In this document: in pieces, positions 9,785 to 22,258 of the stretch
Layout: every line of letters begins with the position of its first letter
How positions within the stretch are numbered: the first letter of the stretch is position 1
Assembly (NCBI GenBank): GCA_032718475.1
Contig: JAUCBJ010006721.1
Coordinates: 1-41,064, forward strand
Origin: Nemertoderma westbladi
Taxonomy: Eukaryota; Animalia; Xenacoelomorpha
Direction of reading: 5' to 3'
DNA: 41,064 bases
The notes under the pieces: model-generated
The model's input: only the letters and a program-made list of their open reading frames with translations
Databases searched by the model: none
Told to the model about the DNA's origin: nothing
Program-made: the position numbers and the translations under genes

Positions 9785-12700
9785 TCGCCAACTTCCTGCT
9801 GCCTGTAGAGGTGGATTTGGTAACTCGCTAGGTCTAAAGGACAAGGACGTATTTTCTGAAATAATGTACAAAGATAACTTTACTTTTTTTTAGCTAAATT
9901 TGGCGTCGGTTTTTGGCGCCCACTATGACGAAACAAGTCAACAAACAAGACAAGAGCAAGTTAAAAAAGATAGGAGGAGGGGTGGGAGGAAAAGTTAAGC
10001 AGTATTCAGGTTTGCCTGATTACTATTAGGCCTAGCCAACTTCCTGCTGCCTGTAGAGGTGGATTTGGTAACTCGCTAGGTCTAAAGGACAAGGACGTAT
10101 TCCCTGAAATAATGTACAAAGATAACTTTACTTTTTTTTAGTTAACTTTGGCTTCTCGGTACCTAGAGCACACGGATACCGTGCTAGAAAATTCCCTGAA
10201 AGAATACCATAATCGCCAACTTCCTGCTGCCTGTAGAGGTGGATTTGGTAACTCGCTAGGTCTAAAGGACAAGGACGTATTCCCTGAAATAATGTACAAA
10301 GATAACTTTACTTTTTTTTAGTTAACTTTGGCTTCTCGGTACATGGAGCACACGGATATTGTGCTAGAAAATTCCCTGAAAGAATACCATAATCGCCAAC
10401 TTCCTGCTGCCTGTAGAGGTGGATTTGGTAACTCGCTAGGTCTAAAGGACAAGGACGTATTCCCTGAAATAATGTACAAAGATAACTTTACTTTTTTTTA
10501 GTTAACTTTGGCTTCTCGGTACATGGAGCACACGGATACCGTGCTAGAAAATTCCCTGAAAGAATACCATAATCGCCAACTTCCTGCTGCCTGTAGAGGT
10601 GGATTTGGTAACTCGCTAGGTCTAAAGGACAAGGACGTATTCCCTGAAATAATGTACAAAGATAACTTTACTTTTTTTTAGCTAAATTTGGCGTCGGTTT
10701 TTGGCGCCCACTACGACGAAACAAGTCAACAAACAAGACAAGAGCAAGTTAAAAAAGATAGGAGGAGGGGTGGGAGGAAAAGTTAAGCAGTATTCAGGTT
10801 TGCCTGATTACTATTAGGCCTAGCCAACTTCCTGCTGCCTATAGAGGTGGATTTGGTAACTCGCTAGGTCTAAAGGACAAGGACGTATTCCCTGAAATAA
10901 TGTACAAAGATAACTTTACTTTTTTTTAGTTGACTTTTGCGTCTCGATTTCTTCAACATCAAGAAATCGTCATACAAAATTCGATAATCGCCAACTTCCT
11001 GCTGCCTGTAGAGGTGGATTTGGTAACTCGCTAGGTCTAAAGGACAAGGACGTATTCCCTGAAATAATGTACAAAGATAACTTTACTTTTTTTTAGCTAA
11101 ATTTGGCGTCGGTTTTTGGCGCCCACTACGACGAAACAAGTCAACAAACAAGACAAGAGCAAGTTAAAAAAGATAGGAGGAGGGGTGGGAGGAAAAGTTA
11201 AGCAGTATTCAGGTTTGCCTGATTACTATTAGGCCTAGCCAACTTCCTGCTGCCTGTAGAGGTGGATTTGGTAACTCGCTAGGTCTAAAGGACAAGGACG
11301 TATTCCCTGAAATAATGTACAAAGATAACTTTACTTTTTTTTAGTTAACTTTGGCTTCTCGGTACCTAGAGCACACGGATACCGTGCTAGAAAATTCCCT
11401 GAAAGAATACCATAATCGCCAACTTCCTGCTGCCTGTAGAGGTGGATTTGGTAACTCGCTAGGTCTAAAGGACAAGGACGTATTCCCTGAAATAATGTAC
11501 AAAGATAACTTTACTTTTTTTTAGTTAACTTTGGCTTCTCGGTACATGGAGCACACGGATACCGTGCTAGAAAATTCCCTGAAAGAATACCATAATCGCC
11601 AACTTCCTGCTGCCTGTAGAGGTGGATTTGGTAACTCGCTAGGTCTAAAGGACAAGGACGTATTCCCTGAAATAATGTACAAAGATAACTTTTCTTTTTT
11701 TTAGTTAACTTTGGCTTCTCGGTACATGGAGCACACGGATACCATGCTAGAAAATTCCCTGAAAGAATACCATAATCGCCAACTTCCTGCTGCCTGTAGA
11801 GGTGGATTTGGTAACTCGCTAGGTCTAAAGGACAAGGACGTATTCCCTGAAATAATGTACAAAGATAACTTTACTTTTTTTTAGCTAAATTTGGCGTCGG
11901 TTTTTGGCGCCCACTACGACGAAACAAGTCAACAAACAAGACAAGAGCAAGTTAAAAAAGATAGGAGGAGGGGTGGGAGGAAAAGTTAAGCAGTATTCAG
12001 GTTTGCCTGATTACTATTAGGCCTAGCCAACTTCCTGCTGCCTGTAGAGGTGGATTTGGTAACTCGCTAGGTCTAAAGGACAAGGACGTATTCCCTGAAA
12101 TAATGTACAAAGATAACTTTACTTTTTTTAGTTGACTTTTGCGTCTCGATTTCTTCAACATCAAGAAATCGTCATACAAAATTCGATAATCGCCAACTTC
12201 CTGCTGCCTGTAGAGGTGGATTTGGTAACTCGCTAGGTCTAAAGGACAAGGACGTATTCCCTGAAATAATGTACAAAGATAACTTTACTTTTTTTTAGCT
12301 AAATTTGGCGTCGGTTTTTGGCGCCCACTACGACGAAACAAGTCAACAAACAAGACAAGAGCAAGTTAAAAAAGATAGGAGGAGGGGTGGGAGGAAAAGT
12401 TAAGCAGTATTCAGGTTTGCCTGATTACTATTAGGCCTAGCCAACTTCCTGCTGCCTGTAGAGGTGGATTTGGTAACTCGCTAGGTCTAAAGGACAAGGA
12501 CGTATTCCCTGAAATAATGTACAAAGATAACTTTACTTTTTTTTAGTTAACTTTGGCTTCTCGGTACCTAGAGCACACGGATACCGTGCTAGAAAATTCC
12601 CTGAAAGAATACCACAATCGCCAACTTCCTGCTGCCTGTAGAGGTGGATTTGGTAACTCGCTAGGTCTAAAGGACAAGGACGTATTCCCTGAAATAATGT

Positions 12701-15700
12701 ACAAAGATAACTTTACTTTTTTTTAGTTAACTTTGGCTTCTCGGTACATGGAGCACACGGATACCGTGCTAGAAAATTCCCTGAAAGAATACCATAATCG
12801 CCAACTTCCTGCTGCCTGTAGAGGTGGATTTGGTAACTTGCTAGGTCTAAAGGACAAGGACGTATTCCCTGAAATAATGTACAAAGATAACTTTACTTTT
12901 TTTTAGTTAACTTTGGCTTCTCGGTACATGGAGTACACGGATACCGTGCTAGAAAATTCCCTGAAAGAATACCATAATCGCCAACTTCCTGCTGCCTGTA
13001 GAGGTGGATTTGGTAACTCGCTAGGTCTAAAGGACAAGGACGTATTCCCTGAAATAATATACAAAGATAACTTTACTTTTTTTTAGCTAAATTTGGCGTC
13101 GGTTTTTGGCGCCCACTACGACGAAACAAGTCAACAAACAAGACAAGAGCAAGTTAAAAAAGATAGGAGGAGGGGTGGGAGGAAAAGTTAAGCAGTATTC
13201 AGGTTTGCCTGATTACTATTAGGCCTAGCCAACTTCCTGCTGCCTGTAGAGGTGGATTTGGTAACTCGCTAGGTCTAAAGGACAAGGACGTATTCCCTGA
13301 AATAATGTACAAAGATAACTTTACTTTTTTTTAGTTAACTTTGGCTTCTCGGTACCTAGAGCACACGGATACCGTGCTAGAAAATTCCCTGAAAGAATAC
13401 CATAATCGCCAACTTCCTGCTGCCTGTAGAGGTGGATTTGGTAACTCGCTAGGTCTAAAGGACAAGGACGTATTCCCTGAAATAATGTACAAAGATAACT
13501 TTACTTTTTTTTAGTTAACTTTGGCTTCTCGGTACATGGAGCACACGGATACCGTGCTAGAAAATTCCCTGAAAGAATACCATAATCGCCAACTTCCTGC
13601 TGCCTGTAGAGGTGGATTTGGTAACTCGCTAGGTCTAAAGGACAAGGACGTATTCCCTGAAATAATGTACAAAGATAACTTTACTTTTTTTTAGTTAACT
13701 TTGGCTTCTCAGTACATGGAGCACACGGATACCGTGCTAGAAAATTCCCTGAAAGAATACCATAATCGCCAACTTCCTGCTGCCTGTAGAGGTGGATTTG
13801 GTAACTCGCTAGGTCTAAAGGACAAGGACGTATTCCCTGAAATAATGTACAAAGATAACTTTACTTTTTTTTAGTTAAATTTGGCGTCGGTTTTTGGCGC
13901 CCACTACGACGAAACAAGTCAACAAACAAGACAAGAGCAAGTTAAAAAAGATAGGAGGAGGGGTGGGAGGAAAAGTTAAGCAGTATTCAGGTTTGCCTGA
14001 TTACTATTAGGCCTAGCCAACTTCCTGCTGCCTGTAGAGGTGGATTTGGTAACTCGCTAGGTCTAAAGGACAAGGACGTATTCCCTGAAATAATGTACAA
14101 AGATAACTTTACTTTTTTTTAGTTGACTTTTGCGTCTCGATTTCTTCAACATCAAGAAATCGTCATACAAAATTCGATAATCGCCAACTTCCTGCTGCCT
14201 GTAGAGGTGGATTTGGTAACTTGCTAGGTCTAAAGGACAAGGACGTATTCCCTGAAATAATGTACAAAGATAACTTTACTTTTTTTTAGCTAAATTTGGC
14301 GTCGGTTTTTGGCGCCCACTACGACGAAACAAGTCAACAAACAAGACAAGAGCAAGTTAAAAAAGATAGGAGGAGGGGTGGGAGGAAAAGTTAAGCAGTA
14401 TTCAGGTTTGCCTGATTACTATTAGGCCTAGCCAACTTCCTGCTGCCTGTAGAGGTGGATTTGGTAACTCGCTAGGTCTAAAGGACAAGGACGTATTCCC
14501 TGAAATAATGTACAAAGATAACTTTACTTTTTTTTAGTTAACTTTGGCTTCTCGGTACCTAGAGCACACGGATACCGTGCTAGAAAATTCCCTGAAAGAA
14601 TACCATAATCGCCAACTTCCTGCTGCCTGTAGAGGTGGATTTGGTAACTCGCTAGGTCTAAAGGACAAGGACGTATTCTCTGAAATAATGTACAAAGATA
14701 ACTTTACTTTTTTTTAGTTAACTTTGGCTTCTCGGTACATGGAGCACACGGATACCATGCTAGAAAATTCCCTGAAAGAATACCATAATCGCCAACTTCC
14801 TGCTGCCTGTAGAGGTGGATTTGGTAACTCGCTAGGTCTAAAGGACAAGGACGTATTCCCTGAAATAATGTACAAAGATAACTTTACTTTTTTTTAGCTA
14901 AATTTGGCGTCGGTTTTTGGCGCCCACTACGACGAAACAAGTCAACAAACAAGACAAGAGCAAGTTAAAAAAGATAGGAGGAGGGGTGGGAGGAAAAGTT
15001 AAGCAGTATTCAGGTTTGCCTGATTACTATTAGGCCTAGCCAACTTCCTGCTGCCTGTAGAGGTGGATTTGGTAACTCGCTAGGTCTAAAGGACAAGGAA
15101 GTATTCCCTGAAATAATGTACAAAGATAACTTTACTTTTTTTTAGTTGACTTTTGCGTCTCGATTTCTTCAACATCAAGAAATCGTCATACAAAATTCGA
15201 TAATCGCCAACTTCCTGCTGCCTGTAGAGGTGGATTTGGTAACTCGCTAGGTCTAAAGGACAAGGACGTATTCCCTGAAATAATGTACAAAGATAACTTT
15301 ACTTTTTTTTAGCTAAATTTGGCGTCGGTTTTTGGCACCCACTACGACGAAACAAGTCAACAAACAAGACAAGAGCAAGTTAAAAAAGATAGGAGGAGGG
15401 GTGGGAGGAAAAGTTAAGCAGTATTCAGGTTTGCCTGATTACTATTAGGCCTAGCCAACTTCCTGCTGCCTGTAGAGGTGGATTTGGTAACTCGCTAGGT
15501 CTAAAGGACAAGGACGTATTCCCTGAAATAATGTACAAAGATAACTTTACTTTTTTTTAGTTAACTTTGGCTTCTCGGTACCTAGAGCACACGGATACCG
15601 TGCTAGAAAATTCCCTGAAAGAATACCATAATCGCCAACTTCCTGCTGCCTGTAGAGGTGGATTTGGTAACTCGCTAGGTCTAAAGGACAATTGGGAGCG

Positions 15701-16095
15701 GATGGTTAAAATTTGATGGTGAAAAAAAAACTCTACAGTACAAGAAAATTACAACTAGTTTTTGACAATTCATAAATTCAAAATGTATTAAATTATGTTA
15801 TAAGATCCCACTTCAACTAAAGAGAATTATTATTTTTTGAATTATAAAGACTTTTTATTATAAACAAATATTAAATTAAAACACTAAGAAAGTTTAATAG
15901 TATAATAGTATAAACATTTAATAATCTCCCACGTGTTTAATAATCTCCCATGTTGAGGTCGACTCCTTTTACAATAAATTGTGTTACGATGGCAACAGAA
16001 TTACATATAATTATTAGCTCAAATTAATTAGTGACAATCATTCGACATTCAAATAAAAATTCTTAGTAAATTGAATTACATTCTATCGTAAAATA

Positions 16096-16926
16096 ATGAA
16101 TAGTGTCCAAGATTCACTGAGGTTTTTGGTTGCAAACTTTTACCAAGAGAGCGATGATGAAATTGAATTTGAGACAATATTGGATGATGGGCCTATTGGC
16201 ATATTCTTAGGTCTGCCCAGATTGACAAGAAGAAAACTTCTCAATGAGTTTCGTCGAGCAGTTTGGCACCATTATGGAGGTCAACAAATGCAAACAGATG
16301 GACATCGTCATCCCATCTTTTATTTGGAAGAAAGATATGCCGTCATTGAAGCTAGCTACATTGCATCGAACATATCCGACACGTTTGAAGAATTTTATTT
16401 ACTAAAAGACTATCTTACCGGAGCTAAGGTCGTTTTTGAAAGGCAAACGACTCCAACTGGATTTTGGACTCTTCCTAATAATGGAAGCAAAAAATATTTT
16501 CATACGGCTGTGTTGCTAAACCGTGAACACGAACCTACATCAGACCTTATAGAGCTACAGCTGGATAGTGGTGAACTTTTATCCAAGGTTCTAATCCGAC
16601 CAGCAACCCAAGCTTTCCTTCAAAATCCTTGTCCGTTGTGTATTGACACAACATTCATGAGACAGTTCAACATGCGGCATGGCGACATAAACTTAAGCAA
16701 AGTATTTTACAGGCTGTCACGATTGGTCGGGGTACCGGTTAGGTACAATTTAACCGCGTGTAATTGCGACCATATATCGACCTACCTTCTAACTGGAAGG
16801 CCAATGTGGACAACAATGCCCCTTGCTCACAACTTTGCAGGAAGGTTAAATACCATTGACCTGTATGCCGGTTTGGTAACCCCCGTATTGATGTTAACCA
16901 TAGAGGAAGAAAATAGTTTGCTTTGA
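16096..16926 (+). CDS. H-box/NC protein copy 3, 276 aa, different C-terminus (EEENSLL*)
   Basis: Near-identical to copy 1 up to gaagaaaat (~16914), then unrelated sequence. Confidence 0.7.
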   Translation: MNSVQDSLRFLVANFYQESDDEIEFETILDDGPIGIFLGLPRLTRRKLLNEFRRAVWHHYGGQQMQTDGHRHPIFYLEERYAVIEASYIASNISDTFEEFYLLKDYLTGAKVVFERQTTPTGFWTLPNNGSKKYFHTAVLLNREHEPTSDLIELQLDSGELLSKVLIRPATQAFLQNPCPLCIDTTFMRQFNMRHGDINLSKVFYRLSRLVGVPVRYNLTACNCDHISTYLLTGRPMWTTMPLAHNFAGRLNTIDLYAGLVTPVLMLTIEEENSLL

Positions 16927-17102
16927 TATTATGGTGGGTACTGGTTCGATGGAGATTTCTGATTTTTTTTGTTACATTTTACAATTGTTTATTTGTTACT
17001 ATATTACCGTACTGTTCTAGAACACAATGTATTAATAATACCAAGCACATTTGGTAAATGGGCGAGTTGAACTCTAACCCTAACCAAAATCTTACCCTAC
17101 CC

Positions 17103-18225
17103 CTAAGTCGATTTCTGAGGTTTGATAATAAAGAAACTAGAAGTGCCCGTCGTGAGCAAGATAAGCTTGCACCAATTAGAGAACTCTGGGATATGTTTAT
17201 CACTCGCCTAAAGACTTCGTATATACCTGGTCCAGCAGTAACTATTGATGAAATGTTAACACCGTTTAGGGGAAACTGTCCTTTCAGACAATATATAAAA
17301 TCTAAACCAGCCAGATATGGGATAAAAATTTGGTGATTCATCGACTTGGTACCCCTGTAATGGGCAGGTTTATCTCGGCAAAATTCCCGGTCAGAAACGG
17401 GAAATTGGTCAAGGAAAGAGAGTAGTTCTGGATCTCGTTAAACCAATCATTAATTCGGGTCGTAATGTTTGTGCGGACAATTTTTTTTCAAACATAGATC
17501 TTGTTAATGAACTGAGAGTGCACAATCTTACATATGTAGGAACCTTGAGGAAAAATAAACCCGAGTTGCCTATTGCATTTTCAATTGCAAGTAAACGGCA
17601 GGTTAGTTCAAGCCTTTTTGGGTTTACAGATCATTCTACAATTGTATCGTATGTACCAAAGAAAGGAAGGATCGTTAACCTTATTTCTTCAATGCACTTT
17701 GATAATTCTTGCTCCTTGGAAGAACATAAAAAACCGGATATTATATTGGATTATAATGTAATGAAGAGCGGTGTGGATGTCATGGACAAAATGGTTACCA
17801 TGACCACTGTGCGCAGACCTACAAGAAGATGGCCGGTGAAACTATTTTTCACAATCATTGATGTTGCTGCGATTGCTGCGTTTGTAATTTTTCGATTGAA
17901 GTTTCCTTCAGTTCGTAGCAAGTCGACAAAACGTGATCGTCGCACATTTCTCTTATCCGTATCTGAGGAACTTATGAAGGAAGCTATTTCTGCTCGCAAA
18001 GTTCACCGCAACATACCTTTAAATTCGGCTGCCATAATCATTGCTGCTCAAGCTCAATCATCTATAAATAATAAACGTGCTGCTATTCAGGAGTTGAACC
18101 ATGCGACCAAGCGACGATGTGATGTCTGCCCCAGATCTAATGACAAAAAGACTAGAACAATATGTCATAAATGCCAAAAACATATTTGTACCATCCATTC
18201 TCGGATCATTTGTGATAAATGCTGA
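17103..18225 (+). pseudogene. piggyBac transposase (PGBD4-like), N-terminally truncated, disrupted near 17336
   Basis: FLRFD..R...DKLAPIRE; TIDEML.PFRG.CPFRQYI.SKPARYGIK; ADNFF; GVDVMD; C-terminal Cys-rich domain RCDVC...CHKCQKHIC..H....C..C. Confidence 0.95.
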
Positions 18226-18464
18226 TGAAATACTATATGAACGAACAATAATAAGCAATATTATTTTTAGGTTATTTTGTATAGTTTAGAGTTTGCACAG
18301 AGTATTTGTATCGGGTTTTAATGCATTTGTTTTTAGTATATGTATTTGATTTTGTTTCACGATTTAATTATACATTATAATTTTGTCTTTATTGTTATGT
18401 TTGAATTGGGACTCTTGATACAGATTATTCCCGACCTAATTGATGTTTATTATCATATTGTTCT

Positions 18465-18660
18465 TGTCTGTTCGTCTGTCTGTCAGTGTGTCGGTCCGTT
18501 GGTCCGTCGGTATCAAAAGTTCACATCCTTTCTTAAGATTTTATCCACTAAACAGATACAAAGTTTCACCAAAATTCACCTAGCTGTTGCTGAGATATTG
18601 ACGTTCAAATATTGAGCCAGACAGACAACCAGACAAACAGACGGACAGACATACAGACTA
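18465..18660. repeat. GTCY/RGAC microsatellite-bearing insertion (DINE/Helentron-like) in the piggyBac 3' region
   Basis: A gtctgttcgtctgtctgtc tract and the complementary cagacagacaaccagacaaacagacggacagac tract. Confidence 0.4.
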
Positions 18661-19199
18661 TTCAAATATTGCTCATAACTCTATGCTAAGGCATACTGAG
18701 TCCGTGGATCACCCCGCAAAATCAAGAAAAGCTCTATAGCCTGAAATAAATAGAGTCACAATAATAAAATCGCTGGGGTCCAATGGACCCCATTCGGTAA
18801 TCCGTGTGACCAAAAATTATCGGTAGTACGTGGGTTAATATGTTGTTTGAAACTTACTGAGCGCATTAGGGGATATGCGTACAAATAACTGCGTTCAAGA
18901 TTATGAAGAAGTTGGTCAAAGACCAAATGAAAATAAACTACCAACTGAAGAAACAATATGTTGACAAATTTGTTTGAAACCAAGAAACCTTACGAATTTA
19001 CATGTAATGTAATTTTCATTTATTATACAATTTTTGTTATTGTACAATATCTATATCGCATCGCGATTTTGATACAATCAAAACATACAATTTTGAAAAA
19101 TAGTTCAGCCAAGTTGTGTGTTCGAAATACGCGTATCAATTTAGTAAACATAGGCGATAAAACACCCACTCCACACAAATCAGAATCCCCTAAGTTATC

Positions 19200-19640
19200 A
19201 TTATTTACATTATTTATGGAGCTTTTTGAATTTTATGAGCATTTTGGCATATATGTAGATTCTACTGCAGGGTATTCCCCCTTTTCTAATGGTATTTGTG
19301 AACGAAGCAATGAAACCCTTAAGTCAATTTTGACCATGGTAAGAATCGACAATTTTAGTTGATCAATAAATGTGATTCTCAACTATTCACTTTTAGCAAA
19401 GAATACACTAGTTGATTCAATGGAATTCTCACCCTTCCAACGTTTTTTTTGAAGTAATCCTAGATTGCCTGTTGTAACCTCAGAGTCACTTCCAATCATT
19501 AATGATACCGATAACTTTGACAGAGTTCAGCATCATTTAAACTTGCTTCATGATACTAGAAAGGCATGCATCATGGCTGAGTCAGATAACAGGATAAGCC
19601 GAGCATTAAAACAGAGAGTTTATTCTAGTAAAGGCCCAAT
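19200..19640 (+). pseudogene. LTR-retrotransposon integrase C-terminal core relic, copy 1
   Basis: STAGYSPFSNGICERSNETLKSIL...AKNTL...FSPFQRFF*SNPRLP, with stop codons. Confidence 0.8.
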
Positions 19641-19685
19641 ACCGTTATGTCCCCATCACCAGAATTAATAACTAACATTAATATA

Positions 19686-19881
19686 CTAATTAATTAACAT
19701 ATACCCAGTACTGGTACCGAAATTGTATTAAACTTTTCGAAAAATTGCCTATAACAACGCCAAGTCCCAGTGCAATCCCTCCACGTTTTGGGGGAGTTCG
19801 AGCACAACAGACTGACAGAGAGACTTACAGATATACAGACAGATAGACAGAGAGAGACAATTTGATTTTTATAGATATAGA
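19686..19881 (-). mobile_element. Non-autonomous Helitron-like element (~200 bp)
   Basis: Minus strand starts a|TCTATATCTATAAAAAT, continues with a GTCT-type microsatellite, and ends with the hairpin ccagtactgg and TTAG|t. Confidence 0.55.
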
Positions 19882-20209
19882 TATAAAAGGGCAAGCAAGA
19901 TCTTTTTATATTGTATATTCTTATACATATATGGTGGTAACTTTTCTCAAGTTTTACAATATTATACCCATATTATTATACCAACGTTTTAGTACAATAT
20001 AATTTATGTTAGGGATATATTTCTCTGTGATATCCTTGACGTTTAGCCCATTACCTATAATTAACATATCTGGCTACCGTGGGTTCAAGTTAACCCGGTT
20101 TCATCTATGCGCCTTGCATCCTTAAACGATCGCTAAAAGAGTAAGTTTCTTCTAGGCAGAATACAGTAGTTCTGGGGGAATCGCACTGGAAATAAGTGAT
20201 TCTTTGTGC

Positions 20210-20584
20210 GTATTCCCTGAAATAATGTACAAAGATAACTTTACTTTTTTTTAGCTAAATTTGGCGTCGGTGTTTAAGGCCCACAACGACGAAACAAGTA
20301 AACAAGAGCAAGTTAAAAAAGATAGACGGATTCGGGAGGACAAGGACAAGGAACAAAAGGACAAGGACGTATTCCCTGAAATAATGTACAAAGATAACTT
20401 TACTTTTTTTAGCTAAATTTGGCGTCGGTGTTTAAGGCCCACAACGATGAAATTAAAATCATGTCAAGTAAACAAGAGCAAGTTAAAGATAGACGGATTC
20501 GGGAGGACAAGGACAAGGAACAAAAGGACAAGGACGTATTCCCTGAAATAATGTACAAAGATAACTTTACTTTTTTTTAGTTAA
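20210..20584 (+). repeat. Mini-array of the core's 3' module with diverged B-type spacers
   Basis: gtattccctgaaataatgtacaaagataactttac(t)nag occurs at 20210, ~20369 and ~20536. Spacers begin ctaaatttggcgtcggtgtttaaggcccacaacga. Confidence 0.9.
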
Positions 20585-21153
20585 GAGTCAAGGAGATTGG
20601 ATGGATACGCGGCATGAGGGAGGGACGGAAACTGGGGTTGATAGACGGTAAAAAGTACGCACCATCATAGACAAAAAATCTGCATCAAAAAGGCTCCCAA
20701 TTAAAATAACGTAATCGTAATAATCGTAGATAAAAGATTAATATGATTAATAATTTAATGATTAATAATAGATTAATATTAATTCATATTAATATGTTGT
20801 TTGAACCTTACTGAGCGCATTAGGGGATATGCGTACAAATAACTGCGTTCAAGATTATGAAGAAGTTGGTCAAAGACCAAATGAAAATAAACTACCAACT
20901 GAAGAAACAATATGTTGACAAATTTGTTTGAAACCAAGAAACCTTACGAATTTACATGTAATGTAATTTTCATTTATTATACAATTTTTGTTATTGTACA
21001 ATATCTATATCGCATCGCGATTTTGATACAATCAAAACATACAATTTTGAAAAATAGTTCAGCCAAGTTGTGTGTTCGAAATACGCGTATCAATTTAGTA
21101 AACATAGGCGATAAAACACCCACTCCACACAAATCAGAATCCCCTAAGTTATC

Positions 21154-21594
21154 ATTATTTACATTATTTATGGAGCTTTTTGAATTTTATGAGCATTTTG
21201 GCATATTTGTACATTCTACTGCAGGGTATTCCCCCTTTTCTAATGGTATTTGTGAACGAAGCAATGAAACCCTTAAGTCAATTTTGACCATGGTAAGAAT
21301 CGACAATTTTAGTTGATCAATAAATGTGATTCTCAACTATTCACTTTTAGCAAAGAATACACTAGTTGATTCAATGGAATTCTCACCCTTCCAACGTTTT
21401 TTTGGAAGTAATCCTAGATTGCCTGTAGTAACCTCAGAGTCACTTCCAATCATTAATGATACCGATAACTTTGACAGAGTTCAGCATCATTTAAACTTGC
21501 TTCATGATACTAGAAAGGCATGCATCATGGCTGAGTCAGATAACAGGATAAGCCGAGCATTAAAACAGAGAGTTTATTCTAGTAAAGGCCCAAT
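21154..21594 (+). pseudogene. Integrase relic, copy 2
   Basis: HSTAGYSPFSNGICERSNETLK...FSPFQRFFGSNPRLP. Confidence 0.8.
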
Positions 21595-21639
21595 ACCGTT
21601 ATGTCCCCATCACCAGAATTAATAACTAACATTAATATA

Positions 21640-21835
21640 CTAATTAATTAACATATACCCAGTACTGGTACCGAAATTGTATTAAACTTTTCGAAAAATT
21701 GCCTATAACAACGCCAAGTCCCAGTGCAATCCCTCCACGTTTTGGGGGAGTTCGAGCACAACAGACTGACAGAGAGACTTACAGATATACAGACAGATAG
21801 ACAGAGAGAGACAATTTGATTTTTATAGATATAGA
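21640..21835 (-). mobile_element. Helitron-like element, copy 2
   Basis: Duplicate of 19686-19881. Confidence 0.55.
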
Positions 21836-22258
21836 TATAAAAGGGCAAGCAAGATCTTTTTATATTGTATATTCTTATATATATATTGTGGTAATTTTTC
21901 TCAAGTTTTACAATATTATACCCATATTATTATCCCAACGTTTTAGTACAATATAATTTATGTTAGGGATATATTTCTCTGTGATATCCTTGACGTTTAG
22001 TCCATTACCTATAATTAACATATCTGGCTACCGTGGGTTCAAGTTAACCCGGTTTCATCTATGCGCCTTGCATCCTTAAACGATCGCTAAAAGAGTAAGT
22101 TTCTTCTAGGCAGAATACAGTAGTTCTGGGGGAATCGCACTGGAAATAAGTGATTCTTTGTGCGTAGACCCTGAAATAATGTCCAAAGATAACTTTACTT
22201 TTTTTTAGTTAAGTAGTGCGTCCATGTTTCGGGCGCATATGGACCTCATTGATTCAGA

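Larger units (their letters stand above)
2455..15690 (+). repeat. Composite tandem array: ~52 copies of a 107-bp core separated by spacer A (73 bp), B (141 bp) or C (60 bp); higher-order repeat of ~1.2 kb
   Basis: Core is gccaacttcctgctgcctgtagaggtggatttggtaactcgctaggtctaaaggacaaggacgtattccctgaaataatgtacaaagataactttac(t)8ag, e.g. 5320-5426. Periods of 180, 248 and 167 bp were measured directly. Confidence 0.97.
17103..18838 (+). mobile_element. piggyBac element with right end intact and left end missing
   Basis: Ends ...ggtagtacgtGGG (18834) followed by TTAA (18835-18838). Subterminal palindrome ggggtcca-a-tggacccc at 18775-18791. Confidence 0.85.
18835..20254 (+). repeat. Duplicated block, copy 1
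   Basis: Near-identical to 20789-22208 (offset 1954). Confidence 0.97.
20789..22208 (+). repeat. Duplicated block, copy 2, carrying the empty TTAA site
   Basis: cataTTAAtatgttg here corresponds to gggTTAAtatgttg in copy 1. Confidence 0.95.

Noticed and set aside
2597-15600. Spliced repetitive protein encoded by the array
   Set aside because: Joining the units after removing the GT...AG module gave no evident long frame; the array is stop-rich and the ORF track shows nothing substantial.
2455-15690. CRISPR array
   Set aside because: The repeat is 107 bp, only three spacer types recur, there are no cas genes, and the context is eukaryotic.
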